Part shown: positions 1-12,777 of the stretch, piece by piece
Layout: each line of letters starts with the position of its first letter
How positions within the stretch are numbered: the stretch's first letter is position 1
Assembly (NCBI GenBank): GCA_973895155.1
Contig: OZ316897.1
Location: forward strand, 3,938,211-4,002,210
Direction: 5' to 3'
DNA length: 64,000 bases
From: Marsupella aquatica
Taxonomy: Eukaryota > Plantae > Marchantiophyta
Made by a program: the position numbers and the translations under genes
Notes under the pieces: model-generated
Database searches by the model: none
What the model was told of the DNA's origin: nothing
What the model saw: the letters and a program-made list of their open reading frames with translations, nothing else

Positions 1-1141
1 TCTCATGCCAAATTGGGCTTAGGAGAGAGAATCTAATGAAGGAGAATTGCACCATAATCTAAATTGAATCAAGCATTTCATGCACCAATTTATGCATTCA
101 AGTTTTGGATGTTTGAATTAGAGGTAGAGAATAGAATTGAATGAATGAATAAGGTGAGTCTTTGAAATCTAGTAAATGAGGGAATTGTATTGACTCTTAC
201 AACAAAAACCGATCACCATTGGTGTATAAAGAAGTTGGAGAGAAGAGAAAACATATTTATCTATTGAGAAGAAGGAGAGCCTAAGGAAATTCATTGTAGA
301 ATTTGTGAAATAAAAATCATTTCAGGATTCTGTGTTACCAAAACAGTGAAGAAATTGCTTTAGGATTTCAAATCACATAAAACTAGAATAAATCGCTTGC
401 CTTATTCCTACCGGGAACGAACTTTGGTATTTTTAAGCACTAGCCCCGACTACCCCTTCTTTGAACGTGAATAGCGGAGAGGACAATAAAAATATTATCA
501 AAATATATTCTCTATTCATATTATTTGAAGGTTAATGAAATGATAAAAAACCTATCATTTTAATAAACATATATAATATATCATTCTCTTTCATGTGCAC
601 ATCAATCTTTTTGTATGCACATCCATCTTCTATGCACATATGTTGTGGTGGGGCCATAGTGCCCATATTTTTTGAATATAAATACTTTAAAATTATCATA
701 AAAACTTGCATGTACCAATTGACATACATCATAGTCATGTCACCAGTTTTTCCCATGCACATGATGACCATAGAGTTACGGTCTAGAGGCTTCACTCTAG
801 ACCTAGGCTTTTACAAGTAGACTTCAATTGGCGCTTTTATAGTAAGATAATCATGTACATTCTATGTGATTACACTTACCACATGTGGTCCACTCTCAAA
901 CAATATTTACACATATTCGGATAGGCAATCCATACACTCACATCACACAAAGCTTGTGAAGAAGTCTCCCCACAAATAGCTTTTGATCAGATGTAATCTT
1001 GTTAGCAAACATCTCTAATATTATCAGCAACCTCAGAAAATTGAGAAGCTCTGCAAAATACCAGCCAATATCCCACCACAAGCATTGCTAGTCAATTATC
1101 CAATCATAACCACCAAAGGTTCAGAACGAATCAATCCACAT

Positions 1142-1276
1142 TTGTCTCTCAACTCCCACACAAACAATAATGAAGTTAATAAACAATTGTCTCTCAACTC
1201 CCACACAAACAATAATGAAGTTAATAAACAATTGTCTCTCAACTCCCACACAAACAATAATGAAGTTAATAAACAA
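1142..1276. repeat. Perfect 45-bp tandem repeat, 3 copies
   Basis: The unit TTGTCTCTCAACTCCCACACAAACAATAATGAAGTTAATAAACAA occurs three times. It explains the repetitive ORFs at 1085-1355. Confidence 0.95.
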
Positions 1277-1533
1277 ATTCAAGATCAAGTCAGTCATATT
1301 TTCTCGATGGAGCAGGGCACACATCCATCATGATATGTTCAATCTACATCCATAGTTTTCAGACATTTGGAAGATTATTCATGGACATACCTTGATTTGC
1401 ATAGGAAGATGTTGAAACAAACTACACGTTAATCAAGATAGAAGAGTTTAGCCCTCATCAAGTGAATCATATACTTCTTTCCAATTCATATACTCTTTCC
1501 AATTCAATAACTGAAGTGAAAATACACACATAC

Positions 1534-3491
1534 TTTTTACAGAAAAAGGCCAAATAGAGTACAAAAGAATAAACAAGAGAGGTCCCAAGTGGACAAAACC
1601 AAACACAAAAGAAGTGAGCAAAAGGAAACCCTAAAAACCAAGAAAGAGGAACTAAAAGAAGTGAGCAAAAGTAAACCCCTAAAAACCAAGAAAGAGGAAC
1701 TAAAACTACCGCAAATGGACCGAGGTCCTCATCATACCTAGCAAATGTGGCAACAAGCTAGTGGTCTACATCAAGTGTCGAAACTAGATCGGCAAGTGGG
1801 ACAGGAATGTCCTCTAGGGGGGCTAGCCGTTGCGGAGTCACACTAGCACCCACTGTCAGAGATCGACGATAGATGGCCCGAGCTTGAGCACGCTGTAAGG
1901 TGACTGAAATGCATTGGCAAAAGTGCGTGGTCAAAACAGATAGCGGGGGCCCGGTGGGACCCATCCGGCCGTGAACATCCCGAGAAGCTTGGCGAAGAAG
2001 CCCGTCGAACTGATGATGGAGACGCCCAAATATCTCAAGAGCAAGGGGCAGGAAGCTATCAGATGAAGCTCGTGCAGCATATTTGGCCTCCTTCATTGTT
2101 GCTGCTCGTGATGCTGCTGCCCCTGCCGTTGTTGCCGCTGTCCCAATGATGTCTTGGCGCAATGGGTTTGCCACCACTACATCTGCCAAAGTACGGTGAC
2201 CGTCATGGACCATGGTAAGATCCACCCGTAACCGCTGTGATGGAGGACCAGGTAACTCGAGCACCACCTCCCGCCGTGCGCAGACCAAAGAGCCAGAGAG
2301 AACCTGAGCAATCGCATCTCTCACAGCGTCGTGAACAAAATGGTTTCGCCGCCCAAACTGCATCGAAGAAGATGGACACCTGTGGCATCACAAGGCTTCC
2401 CACAAGTGCAAGTAGGAGGTAAACCAGCAAGAAGTGGGTGGGGCAAGCCCATACGAAGACGCATGGCTGTCGCAAACTCCGCTGAAGACATCCGTAGGTG
2501 AGGAATGACTGGATTGGCCTGAAGCCAGCCTCCTGCGCCCTTCCCTCCGGAAGAAAGAATCCGAGCTCGGTCCGTGTCAGGTGCCTCGGTGAGGATGCTA
2601 GAAAGGGTGAAAGCGTGCATACGCCCAGCAAGGTCTGCCTGAAGACGGACGGGGTCCAAGGATAAAAACTCCTGGAATGAAGGTAACGCATCTCGAACAG
2701 GATCGGGTAATGATGACCGCGCCGTGCGCAAATGAACCTGAAATGGGAGGGAACCCTCCTCGACCTCCATGAGAGATGAAAGTAAAAAAGGTCGATCCTC
2801 AGTAAGGAAATGATCTGCCAACAATGAGAAGGCGGCCGCCCACGCGCCCAAGAAGGCCAAAGGTGCAAGGCGCTCAGTGGAAGTAAGCCCAAAACCACCG
2901 TGAGAAATAGGAAGACTGAGCTGTCGATGAAGCCACGGAGATGAGAGTAAAGTACCTTGCCCTAAAAGAGAGGCCAAAGTCTCACGAATGGAGACATCAA
3001 ACGCTCGGAGGTGTAGATAAAGATCCTCGGTAGGGGGATGTGTCCGAGCCAAATAGGACGCACGAGGGTGGATGCATCTCAACAACAACCCAAATGCTGC
3101 CTGAGAGTCTGCTAACTTAGGGAGCATAGGAGTAGGGGCTAAGGCAGCCTGGAGAGCGTCAGCAATGAAAGATGAGCAAAAGGAGGCGGTACCGACTGGG
3201 GAGCCAAGGACCCGAAGACCATCGGCAGGACGTAAGAACCCAGGGGGAAGCGCAAGATCAGAGGGTAACCCAGCTGGACTCCATGCATGACTCTTCACCG
3301 GCTGAACTCGTAAACCGAGGGCCAACAAATGGGTGGAAAGGGTGGCGAGGGCAGAAGTAACAGCAACAGGTGGACCAATGATGTGGGTGTCATCTGAAAG
3401 GGAGGGGAAGATACACTGGGGGTGGGCCGCGGAGGCTTCTCGTAAAGCAGTAAAATGGGCAATGGCAAAAAGAGGTCCTCCCAAAGGGTTG
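1534..3491 (-). mobile_element. 5'-truncated non-LTR retrotransposon with restriction-like endonuclease (CRE-like clade)
   Basis: ORF 2321-3592 carries RT C-terminal motifs (NPLGGPLF, FPSLSDDTHIIG, GLRVLGSPVG, LPISHGGFGL) and a CTC..D..G.HLLRC zinc knuckle. After a frameshift near 2340, ORF 1758-2363 continues with HDAVRD...RVDL...ADVVVANP...KEAKY...FLPLALEIFG, a PD-(D/E)xK endonuclease. The 3' UTR has a ~47-bp duplication (about 1607-1705). No TSD was found, so the ends are approximate. Confidence 0.8.
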
Positions 3492-6045
3492 CAATTGTTC
3501 ACTTGACCAATTAAAATTACTTTGACAATGTTGTAATGGACAGGATACTTGTACAATGATAGACACATGCCATCAAATGTAAGTGGTAGCAAATCCCGGC
3601 TGGACCCACATACTGGTTTGTATTGTTCTTTCTAGTTTACTTTATGTGAATGGGGCAAGCATGTGTCCAAAAGTGATGTGGGGTCTACTTAGATTTTCTT
3701 GTTAAACCCACCTACCCATTATAGCCACATGTCAACTCACATTCAATTTCCAATCACCTTGATATTAGGATAGTTTTATGGATAGTGCCATAGTCTAGGT
3801 GTGGGTGGAAGCGTATCTGTGTCCCAACCTAGGAGTCTTTATTCTTCCTTTCACCAGATCTCATGGACAGAATATTTAGGCTTTAGATCCAAGGGTCATA
3901 ATGAGCACTCCAAAAGTGCATTTTGTAAGCATAAGTAAAAAAGGGGGGATTGTATATTATAGTGAGTACATTGTTGGACCCAGGGTCCTCACTGCTATAT
4001 TTCTTCCAGCTTATAGTGTTTTCTGAACCAAAACTGAGAATGCTTGAGGAATTTTCCAAAACTTTGGGATAGACAAGTATGTTTTATTTGTTAGGGTGTT
4101 TACTACCCAAAAATGTTGCGCATTGACTCTCTTGGAGTCAGGCCCCCGAGTTTATGGATACAGTACACTTTCCACCACCACTAGTGTTACCCAATAATTA
4201 CTGGTACGAATCCTGGTGAAAGTGATCTTGAAATTAACACTGACTAATTGTTGTCAGTCTTTAAAATAGTCTTTTCTCCATTTGTTTAAAGTTATAGTCA
4301 AAGATGGGTAATCTTGAGTACTCCACAGTAACATTCTTTTGTTGATTTTTCAATATGTTTTCTTCCCACTGTCCCACTCGTGAGTCCAGAGTAACACCAC
4401 TAATTCATGCTTGTGAAAGTAGTGTTAGAACAGAATTGCGAGTTATACTAATTCATGAGTAGAGCCCAAAATTTTCTTCACTAATTGCAATGAATTAGTG
4501 TGGCTGCTTTATGTCCTCCTTCCTGGACATTTACGTCTTCTTGGCCTATGTTTTTCGTTGGTCCCTCGTCTATATTAACGAGGTGTCTATTTCCATTTGC
4601 CCACAATGAATCTTCAAATAGATCACGTGGCTTCTTTACGTTGGCACTCTGTTAGAAAACCGATAAAGGCACACCCTCCCAAAGAAGGCAAAAGCTGAGA
4701 CTGCAAAAGTATGGTTCCTAGATTACTATCTGCAGTAGACACTACCACTGTAGTATCTCGATAGCTAGTCTCTCAAGTGTCTCCACGAGATTGGAACCAC
4801 TCTGAAAGATCTCTCCCTCTACATAGCTGACCTTCTAACTATGCACGTCAAGTGTCTCTTCCCGATTGGAAAAGAATGGAAGTGTCTCCTCCGGATTGGA
4901 ACTCTCCTACAGCATGTACTCTCCCTCGAGAGCTCGAGAGGCATATGATTGTCAAAAAGACGACACAGTCCTCGACGCGGTTCTCGAGATCGGTGATGGT
5001 GGACGGACACTGTAGTTAATTTTCAAGGTCGATGTCGTTTTTGGGCGCGTTCCCCGCCAAAGGAATAAAGGTGGTTGGATTTCTCCAGAATCAACAACTG
5101 ACATATCATTTGCTACTTTTGCATTGAGAGCTCACTGTTGTGATGGATGGAAAGTTGCAATTGAATTGCGTCGATAACGGCCAAAGAAGATTTTATAGAA
5201 TGAATGAGCAGAGTCTGCTTACGCACTTTCAAGCGGACTCGAATATATTACACACGATGGGAGTCATTCAAACATGTAAGGCGGGAAGAGACCTCAAAGC
5301 GAACGACATAAAGTGAATTGAAGCAACTGAATTAGGAGCAACGGGAAAGCAAACTAAGGGGAAGGCCGTAAGAAGAGGTCCAGTGTGACGGAGAAGTTAT
5401 GATTACATCAGAACCAAGCAAACTTCTTTTAAAGGGCGCCAGAGAAGTCCTGAACTAAACTCTGAGCAGTGCTAACGCTGAAAAGAGAAACACAGTAACC
5501 AATTAAAGGCCAGCTGCAGTAGTTGTTCAACTAAGTAAGCCCTCGTAAAACGAACATGGAGACGTGAATTATTGCTTAACCAAGAGCATTTGCTACGAGA
5601 GCATCCTGTCATACGGGCAATCTTAAGAAGATGGTCATAGAAGGTCTCCTCCTTGCAACAGCTAGTTGCATTATTTCGCTCTAGGAAGCCTGGAAAAATA
5701 CCTGAGAATTGTGGTTGCAAAGACTGGGCACCCACCAACGAGAACCCAAAGATTGTGGGTAGTGGAATAAACGTAGAGTGTAAACCATGTAACAAAACAA
5801 TGACTTGCTTTGATTTTTCATTCCGCATTGCTTCTATCAATGACATAATTAAATATGAATGATAGAAGTAGATAATGCCGAATTATGTCATCATAATGAT
5901 AGAAGCAATCCCGAATATTCATTTATAGTATGTCATCTTAATTATGTGCTTCATAATTATGTCCTCTAAAGATTTTTCATTTGCAACATCAAAATGCTTC
6001 GAAAATGAATTGAACAAAGCATGCGGAATGATAGAGGACATAATT

Positions 6046-7094
6046 ATGAAGGACAAGTTTGTGGGGATTGTGTACTTTATAGGCAATGGGTGCTTAGGTG
6101 CCACTTCTGCGTATCGAAGCAATGTCTGAGGAGATTACACGTTTCTTCGAGACATGGTTGCACACCAGAACTTCCAGCAGCAACGTGACCGAGAAGAATT
6201 TACGCCACGAGGTGTTCAAGCATAATTTAAATAGAGTATGTCAGTGAGCACAATGGTATGAAGTCCTCTTACAAGCTGGGACTAAATAGTTTCGCAGACC
6301 TCACTTTGACGGAGTTCAAGAGCCCGTATGTAGGGAAATTGATTACCACCAATTCCGAGCCTCCTTTGGCCGCCATCGATTGGAGGCCAAAGGGGAGCCG
6401 TCACTGCGGTACCTTTGCTAATGACATCCAGTTTTATAGAAGTTTGGTTACGAAGATTACTAACGTTTGGTCATTAGGTGATACATGTTAGGTTGTAGTG
6501 AATTATTGGGCCTGTACAAGTTTGCTATAATTCAGTTATTATTTGTGTAGTTTAGGAGATATTTATGATTTTTGCATGAGATTACCTGCATTTTCTATTG
6601 TTCAGTATTCGAAATAGTTTACACAGAACTTTACACTTTGCCTGGATCATGGAGAACGGAGAGATTGACGATGAAATGGGTCCATCCCTAACAGCTCGAG
6701 ATGACTCCTGCAAGAAGCGAAAGGTTTGAATGCTCTGGAGCTTTTCCTTGCGGACACTTCGAGCGTTTAAAGGCTGAGTTTTTCTTGGTTCAGACAAACA
6801 CGCATGCTCTCTCAATCCCTCTCTCCGTGATTAGAAAAACTGCAGGTGTCTATGTAAACCAGAGCCCTCACTCTCTTGATCAATATACCCCGCTGTGGCC
6901 CTGTTTCTCTGAGTGACCGAAGCTATCTGAATCCGTGAATAGAAAGTAAACAAATTTTAGATGGTGGCATAGCTTGTTTGCAGTTAAAAGCTTATGAAGA
7001 TTCCATAGATGGACGAGAGAAAGTGGCAGCAAACAATCAAAAAGCTTTGCAACTGGCAGTGGCCAATCAGCCCGTGTCTGTTGCAGTTGACGCG
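6046..7094 (+). pseudogene. Papain-family (C1A, RD21/XCP-like) cysteine protease pseudogene
   Basis: Fragments appear in the correct order: I29 propeptide (EEITRFFETWL, EKNLRHEVFKHNL, HNGMKSSYKLGLNSFADLTLTEFKS), mature start (IDWRPKG/AVT), WIMENGEID..TARDDSCK (~6643-6714) and SIDGREKVAANNQKALQLAVANQPVSVAVDA (~7002-7094). It is frameshifted, and the catalytic QGxCGSCWAF and His/Asn segments are not found. Confidence 0.85.
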
Positions 7095-7580
7095 GTCCGA
7101 GATGTGATTGAGAAACTCAATCTCTCATTGCAATGGCCCGTCTGTGTCTCGTGACTTCCTTCATAAATTATACATCCCTGCAGGAAACGTGATCCCCTCT
7201 CGATAATTGTAATTGGAAGGAATTGTGCGCTTACCCGTAAGTGTGCATAAACCCTTCTATAGGGTTTTGCACTTACCTAGTATTCTTTTAGTGCAGCCCT
7301 CGTTACGTTTACAAATCGCGCAAAATGGTATGAAAAACAGGGGAAGAAGGGGAGACCTTGCAATTATCCAGGGTTTTCACTATAGAGAGGTCAATACGAC
7401 CAGGATTGAATGTCGCCAGCTGTTGCCTAGAAGGCATCCATCCTCTTTCTCTTCGAATGGATTAGGTTTCTATCTCATTCTCGGCGTTCTGTGGTGGCCG
7501 CCACTGCATTGCCGCTGGAGCAGCAGCACACGGGCAGTAAAATAGGTGTTAATTCCAAGTTCTAAAACACAATGACATAA

Positions 7581-8030
7581 GCATCCTACAATACCATTAA
7601 AGTGGAAGACACTACCTCGTCCATTTTCTCTCACTAGAGTATACATTCAATTCATTGCAGATACTTCTACCATCGTGCTGGTTAGTCTCCTGGTATGTTA
7701 CAATACTACAAATGTAGCAGTCACTAGCTCGTGCATTGTCTTTCACGAGAGTAGACATGTAATTCATTACAAATATCTTCCACCATCTTGCTGGTTAGTC
7801 TCCTAGTATGCTACAATACCACAATTGTGGCAGTCACTACCTCGTGCATTTTCTCTCACTAGAGTACACATGTGGTTCATTGCAGATAGTTGTACCATCT
7901 TGTTGATTACTCTGCGAGTATGTTTAAATCCCGAAAATGTGGAGGCCACTGTCTCGTCCATTTCTCTCACTAGATATGCAAATTCATTGCAGATAGTTTT
8001 GCCGTCTTGCTGGTGAGTCGTCTCCTGTTG
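7581..8030. repeat. Degenerate ~112-bp tandem repeat, ~4 copies
   Basis: The motif CACTAcCTCGTgCATTtTCTcTCACtAGA recurs at 7610, 7722, 7835 and 7947, each followed by TTCATTgCAgATA...CaTCtTGcTGgT. Confidence 0.85.
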
Positions 8031-8140
8031 CATACCAGCTGGTCTGCCTTGCAATCTAGGACACAGGATAACATCTGTACAATTTTTTGTCACCTGGCCG
8101 TTTCGGTCCCTATGAACATTAAGTTTGATTCTTTTTCTCT

Positions 8141-10452
8141 CTAATATCCGAAGTCCTCGTAAATAGCTTCCCGCCCTCCTAACCATACCAACAAGCTCTT
8201 TCTCAAAGCAGGGTTACAACAGATGTACCACTTGTGAATGTCCCTGTTTGCTGACACGTCCTGATTCACATCCCCTTCATCAATCCTCCTGCTATTTACC
8301 GACAAGCACACTCCTTGAAGCTCCTTCCATAGAGCTTTGTGTTCGTTTTTCACCTTGTTGACAAACCCTGTGACAAACAAACTCGTTGAAGCAGGAAGCT
8401 TGGGATGTCTCGTAAATAAGTCCTTAACAAGCATGAGGTCCTCAGCTCGGAGGGTCCACAGAAGATGTAAGCGTGAGAGATCTAGTCCAGGCAGCTGAGC
8501 TAGGAGAGGCGTGATACCAACACCACCGGCAACAAAAGCAACGCGCTCGCCTCCGTCTCCTTGCTTGATAGTAAATTCTCCGCCAAAACCCCTCAAGGGG
8601 ACTACCAAAGGTTGTCCACAACAATGGCCTTTTAGATTCCGAGTGGACAAGAAATTAGTCACATTGCCAACTCTTCGGACAGTAATCTCGAATTCTCCCT
8701 CAGCAGGACCAGCATCACCACCTGATGGTGAGCGGGAATCGAAGTCAGAAGAAGGTGGTGGGGAGGAGACGGTGAAAGTGCGGACATAGTCGTCATTGAG
8801 ACTCAACGGATCATTGTCACGCATGTGGCTATAACCCCTCTCCAATTCATCCGCAAAACTTAGTGCAACATGCTGCCCGGATTTCCACTTGACCTTCTCG
8901 TTTCCAGGATCTGCAATTCGGAAGCCGTAGCGGGAGATGGTGGGTGTTATGACCTCCTTCCTGATCAATGTTGCTGTCAGGCCGTTGTCCTCATCCACAG
9001 CTGCTCGTTCTGAAGGGAGGTAGCGGGTCAGGGGGTTGTAGGGACTCCTCTCTCCCAGATCACCTTTAAAGCCTAGACCATTCTCCACAAACCGAGCGGC
9101 CTTCAATGTGATTCTGACGGCTAGATTTGATCTGGGGAGCTGCCTGTGGGCATCCTTCCCAGCCAGGATCTCAGCGGTGCCTGTGACGTAGAGAACATCT
9201 CCCGTGTCGAAGTCTGGGAACACAAGGCCTGCTCTGGGGGTTGTCTGCAAGTTTCCTAAGGTCTGGTAGAGCCGATTGCCGGAGTATTCCGGGTAGATGA
9301 GAACGGTCCCCTTCTCTGCCGAATTGGACTCCACCCGGACGAAGCCGGGAGGCCCGCCCCGGTGGTTCGTGTCCATATCTAAATGATGGTGCGATGAGGA
9401 GATGAAGAACATGTCAACTTTGGCGATCAAATTGATTGCCGCCGCTGGAAGGGGTAGCGAATCGGATACTAGTTTGGGTTTTGGAAGTTGTGGAGATATT
9501 CTCTTTTTGTTAAGATATTTTGGACAATTCCCTGTAAGACGAGGAAATTGGTCAGAGATATTCACTGTGATATTGTTCACAATGCTTGAATTCACCAGAT
9601 TGAGAAACAGAAGGCAGAAACAAGTAGGTCTCAATCTGACCATTGAACTTCTTCTAAAAGCCACAACAAGAAGTAAACATGTAGATCGCAGCCTCATACT
9701 GAAGAATCGAACACATGGAATCCAATTTAAAAACAGAAGATAATCATATCATCGATCTCAAAGTCAGTATTGCTTGCTGCTGAAATCTTCTTGACAAAGA
9801 GCACAAAAAACAAGGAGATCCCATACTCATCATTGAAATCCTCTTGAAAACCAGCCTATTTCTGACTCAGCATTCAAATCGTACTGAGACAACGAATAGA
9901 AAACATACAGAACTCTGACTTATAATTCAAATCATATTCTGAAATGGAACATAACAGAACACAGATCTCAAACTCACCCAGGCTTTGCTCGATGTCAACA
10001 GCCAATTGCACCTCCCCCTTCTCTATCTTCCCAGCGACCATCTTACCATACAGCTTTATCCTCTTCCTGTTCTGCAGATGGATGCCCAAACCACCCACCA
10101 TCTTCCCCGTCCCTTCCTCCTCCTGCACAGCAACCCCATTCTCTCGATTCTCCCCAAATAAAGCCTCAGCAACTGGATCAAACGCCGTATCGATCTGCGC
10201 CCTGATCCCTATGATCGACTGGCTGATTGGCCTTGAGAATCCAGGCTCCCCGCCCCACACCGTCGTCCAGGGCCAGTTGTTCTGGTCCAGCGTGCCCAAA
10301 GCTATGAGAGGCGAGATCGTCACTGTGTGGCCCGCTTGAGGGCTGAGGAAGGGCGTCGTTGGGTTGTAGCCCTCCGGCACTTGGAGCAGATGGTGAAGTG
10401 CTTGCTCTCCTTCGTGCCAGGGAAACTCCTCTTCGTCATCAGTGTACGCCAT
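8141..10452 (-). CDS. Pyridoxamine 5'-phosphate oxidase-like FMN-binding plus FNR-type FAD/NAD(P)-binding oxidoreductase, 621 aa, 2 exons (10452-9978, 9531-8141); fungal-like
   Basis: A 446-bp GT-AG intron (9977-9532) joins ORFs 9874-10452 and 8141-9697 in frame and restores QSLG|NCPKYLN. Motifs: WHEGE, GTLD..WPWTTVWGGEPGF, MDTNHRGGPPGFVRV, YPEYSGNRLYQTLGNL, GQHVAL, SHMRDNDPLSLNDDYVRTFTVSS, FVAGGVGITPLLA and C-terminal YEDFGY. Confidence 0.9.
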
Positions 10453-11293
10453 TGTTCGTGCACAACTCTTGTTGCCTTGCTGAGCTCTCTAGGCTTTCCC
10501 TCTGCTCACCCTGTAATCTCTACAAAATGAAATTTGGACTATCAGCAGCTCGAGCAGAATTCAGGATTCCCTCGGACAGAAGACAGCTCCGTTGTTTCTT
10601 TGGGTTCATGGAATTGCACTCCTCTCGATGATTCTAGACTGCCTGGGCATCCAACCGGCCAAATTCTTCGCCTTTGTTAGATAATCAGATTTACTTACGT
10701 TCTGGGGTCTTAAAATGGGTACTATCTCGGCCGATTGCAGTCCGCTTTCCTATCCGAAAGGAAAGGATTGCTTGGTTCATTGAATGTGAGAATCTGCATA
10801 GCCATCAGAATGGTGATGAAAGTCAGGACTGAGTGTTCGTTCTGGGAAAGTGATTATGATACTCGGTCAACTTCCCGCCGCCATTATGTCGTCCATCGTC
10901 AGCAGGTTTTCCTGTCGTCATCAAGATTTGATGATTTGATCATTCGCTGAGGCTGCCAGCTGAGGTCATTTGGTGAGGGACCAAGAAATGTGCTTAATGG
11001 GGCCCAACTTGAAACCTACAATAATCGTGAACAGGTGAGGGATTTGCTTATCAGATACCAAAATGAAATGTGTTACTTGGTACGACCCCTAGTGATCCAT
11101 GTCCTTGAGTGACCTTGAAACAATGTACCTAAAACTTGGGTTCTATCAAGTAAGGCAATTTGTTTTGGGGTCTGATCAAGCAATTTCCTCTTGACCAGGG
11201 TCCTCTTTTGAAAATTGCTTCTTGGGGTTTATCCAGGAGTAGAATCCTATATGTTCTTTTACTACCGGGTAGCCACTACCCCAATGGCTCTAA

Positions 11294-11663
11294 GAGCATC
11301 TCCAAGGCTACCGGGTTGGTCTACTCTAACTCCATGTTGACCAAACCCAATAAGGTTAACAAAAAAGGCAACCCCAATGGTTCTTGTAACACTTTTCACT
11401 TCTGACTTCTGAGTTTTTTGGTGACTGGATTTCTATACGAGCTCCTGTATAGTGCACTGATTGAATTCAGGATTCATTCCTCGGTTCTCCATGATCTAAT
11501 GATATATTAGCATCCAAGGTGTGCATATGCCAGGATATAATTACTAAAACCCACTCTAACTATTGGGCTTGCTTTTTGCCATATCATCCTTGCTATATAT
11601 AGTATACTAAAAATTATATCTAATGTATAAAAATACAAATAGCCTAAACCATTGGAGATGCTT
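11294..11663. mobile_element. Tourist-like (PIF/Harbinger) MITE, 370 bp
   Basis: TIRs GAGCATCTCCAA / TTGGAGATGCTT (1 mismatch) are flanked by TAA on both sides (11291-93, 11664-66). The interior is AT-rich and non-coding. Confidence 0.8.
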
Positions 11664-12371
11664 TAAACACTAAAATATGCATGTGTTCTTCTACTTAGGT
11701 TTGATTATATAATGTTATAATGGAAATTTTTTTGGTTGGATTAACATGACATTTTTACTAGTCATGAGATAGGCCTGATGGTGCCAAAATGCGTGTTTCC
11801 CATCAATGCCCAATTGACCACTCTCCCCAACTCACGCACTCCTTGAAATCCAGTTGTCAATCAGTTACACTATTCGGGACACTATCAAGGATTTTGTGCA
11901 ACTCACAAGCATTGGGCTCATTTGGCAGTAAATAATTATATAGTGAGCCTTGTCAAGCATATCAAGTGAGATGTTCAGGGAGTCAGCAAGTCGGTCTAGC
12001 TAGCAACTGGATTTGAAAGAGAGTCCAGATTCTAGCTCATGAACTGGACATGAAATGTCATGCAGCAAACAACTCTTGGCTTGGACCTTATGATTGTTCA
12101 GTGCTTGCATTTTGGGTGCACAGCTAGCTCATTGATTTCTGCTCAGGCTAACTAAGGTCATCCAAATGTTGAATGTGGATGCTCAGGTAGTCCACCAGGT
12201 CAGGCTCAGCTCCCACCTAAACTGTCTATGTCAATCCTTGCCTCATTAAGCTCCACCTTGCCTCTTCCTGCCTCAAACTAAGCTCATCCCCCAGTTTTTT
12301 AGTTTGTATTTTAAAGAGAGTTTACCAAGAGAATTTAGGATTTGCCACCCTGGCTAATTTTATTACTCCTT

Positions 12372-12562
12372 AAAAATTACCCTGCCATGGGCTATGCTAA
12401 AGCTGGCGAAGGATGAGTCCACTACCAATTACAATTCCATGCCAGGGGCCATGCTAAAGCTGGCGAAGGATGTGTCCACTTCCCATTACAATTCGTTAAA
12501 AATTACCCTGACATAGGCCATGCTAAACCTGGCGAAGGATGACTCCATTACCAAAATTACAA
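12372..12562. repeat. Three imperfect copies of a ~58-71-bp unit
   Basis: The core GGCcATGCTAAAgCTGGCGAAGGATG..TCCA.T.CC.ATTACAA occurs three times. Confidence 0.8.
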
Positions 12563-12758
12563 GACCATGAATCGAATTGTAAAACTATTCGAGCATGAGT
12601 CCCGCTGCAAGGAGTAGCTGCACATGAGTATAGTTCGAAATATTAAAATGAATTGAGCATGGGACAGTCCCGGCATCCCTCTCTCCATTTTTGGACATCA
12701 TAATCCTTGACTTCTGGCTTTCCATCATTGCTTCTGAAGTCCGCCATAATGGCAATCG

Positions 12759-12762
12759 AAAA
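12759..12762 (-). terminator. Putative Pol III terminator (TTTT) shared by the tRNA pair
   Basis: This is the first T4 run on the minus strand, 15 nt past tRNA-Leu(CAA). There is no T run between the two tRNAs. Confidence 0.55.
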
Positions 12763-12777
12763 GCATTTGACTTGGAT

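Noticed and set aside
1-1080. Possible decayed LTR-retrotransposon sequence
   Set aside because: It looks TE-derived, but I could not confirm any domain motif, paired LTR, PBS or PPT.
1085-1355. Repetitive short ORFs and a possible CRISPR-like array
   Set aside because: These are contiguous identical 45-bp units without spacers, in eukaryotic context with no cas genes.
3492-5010. Possible gypsy remnant with a TG...CA segment at 4650-5009
   Set aside because: No TSD, canonical PBS or partner LTR, and the translations are not diagnostic.
9532-9697. N-terminal hydrophobic extension of the 518-aa ORF (signal-peptide-like)
   Set aside because: It lies within the intron. Splicing to exon 1 restores the conserved QSLGNCPKY motif.
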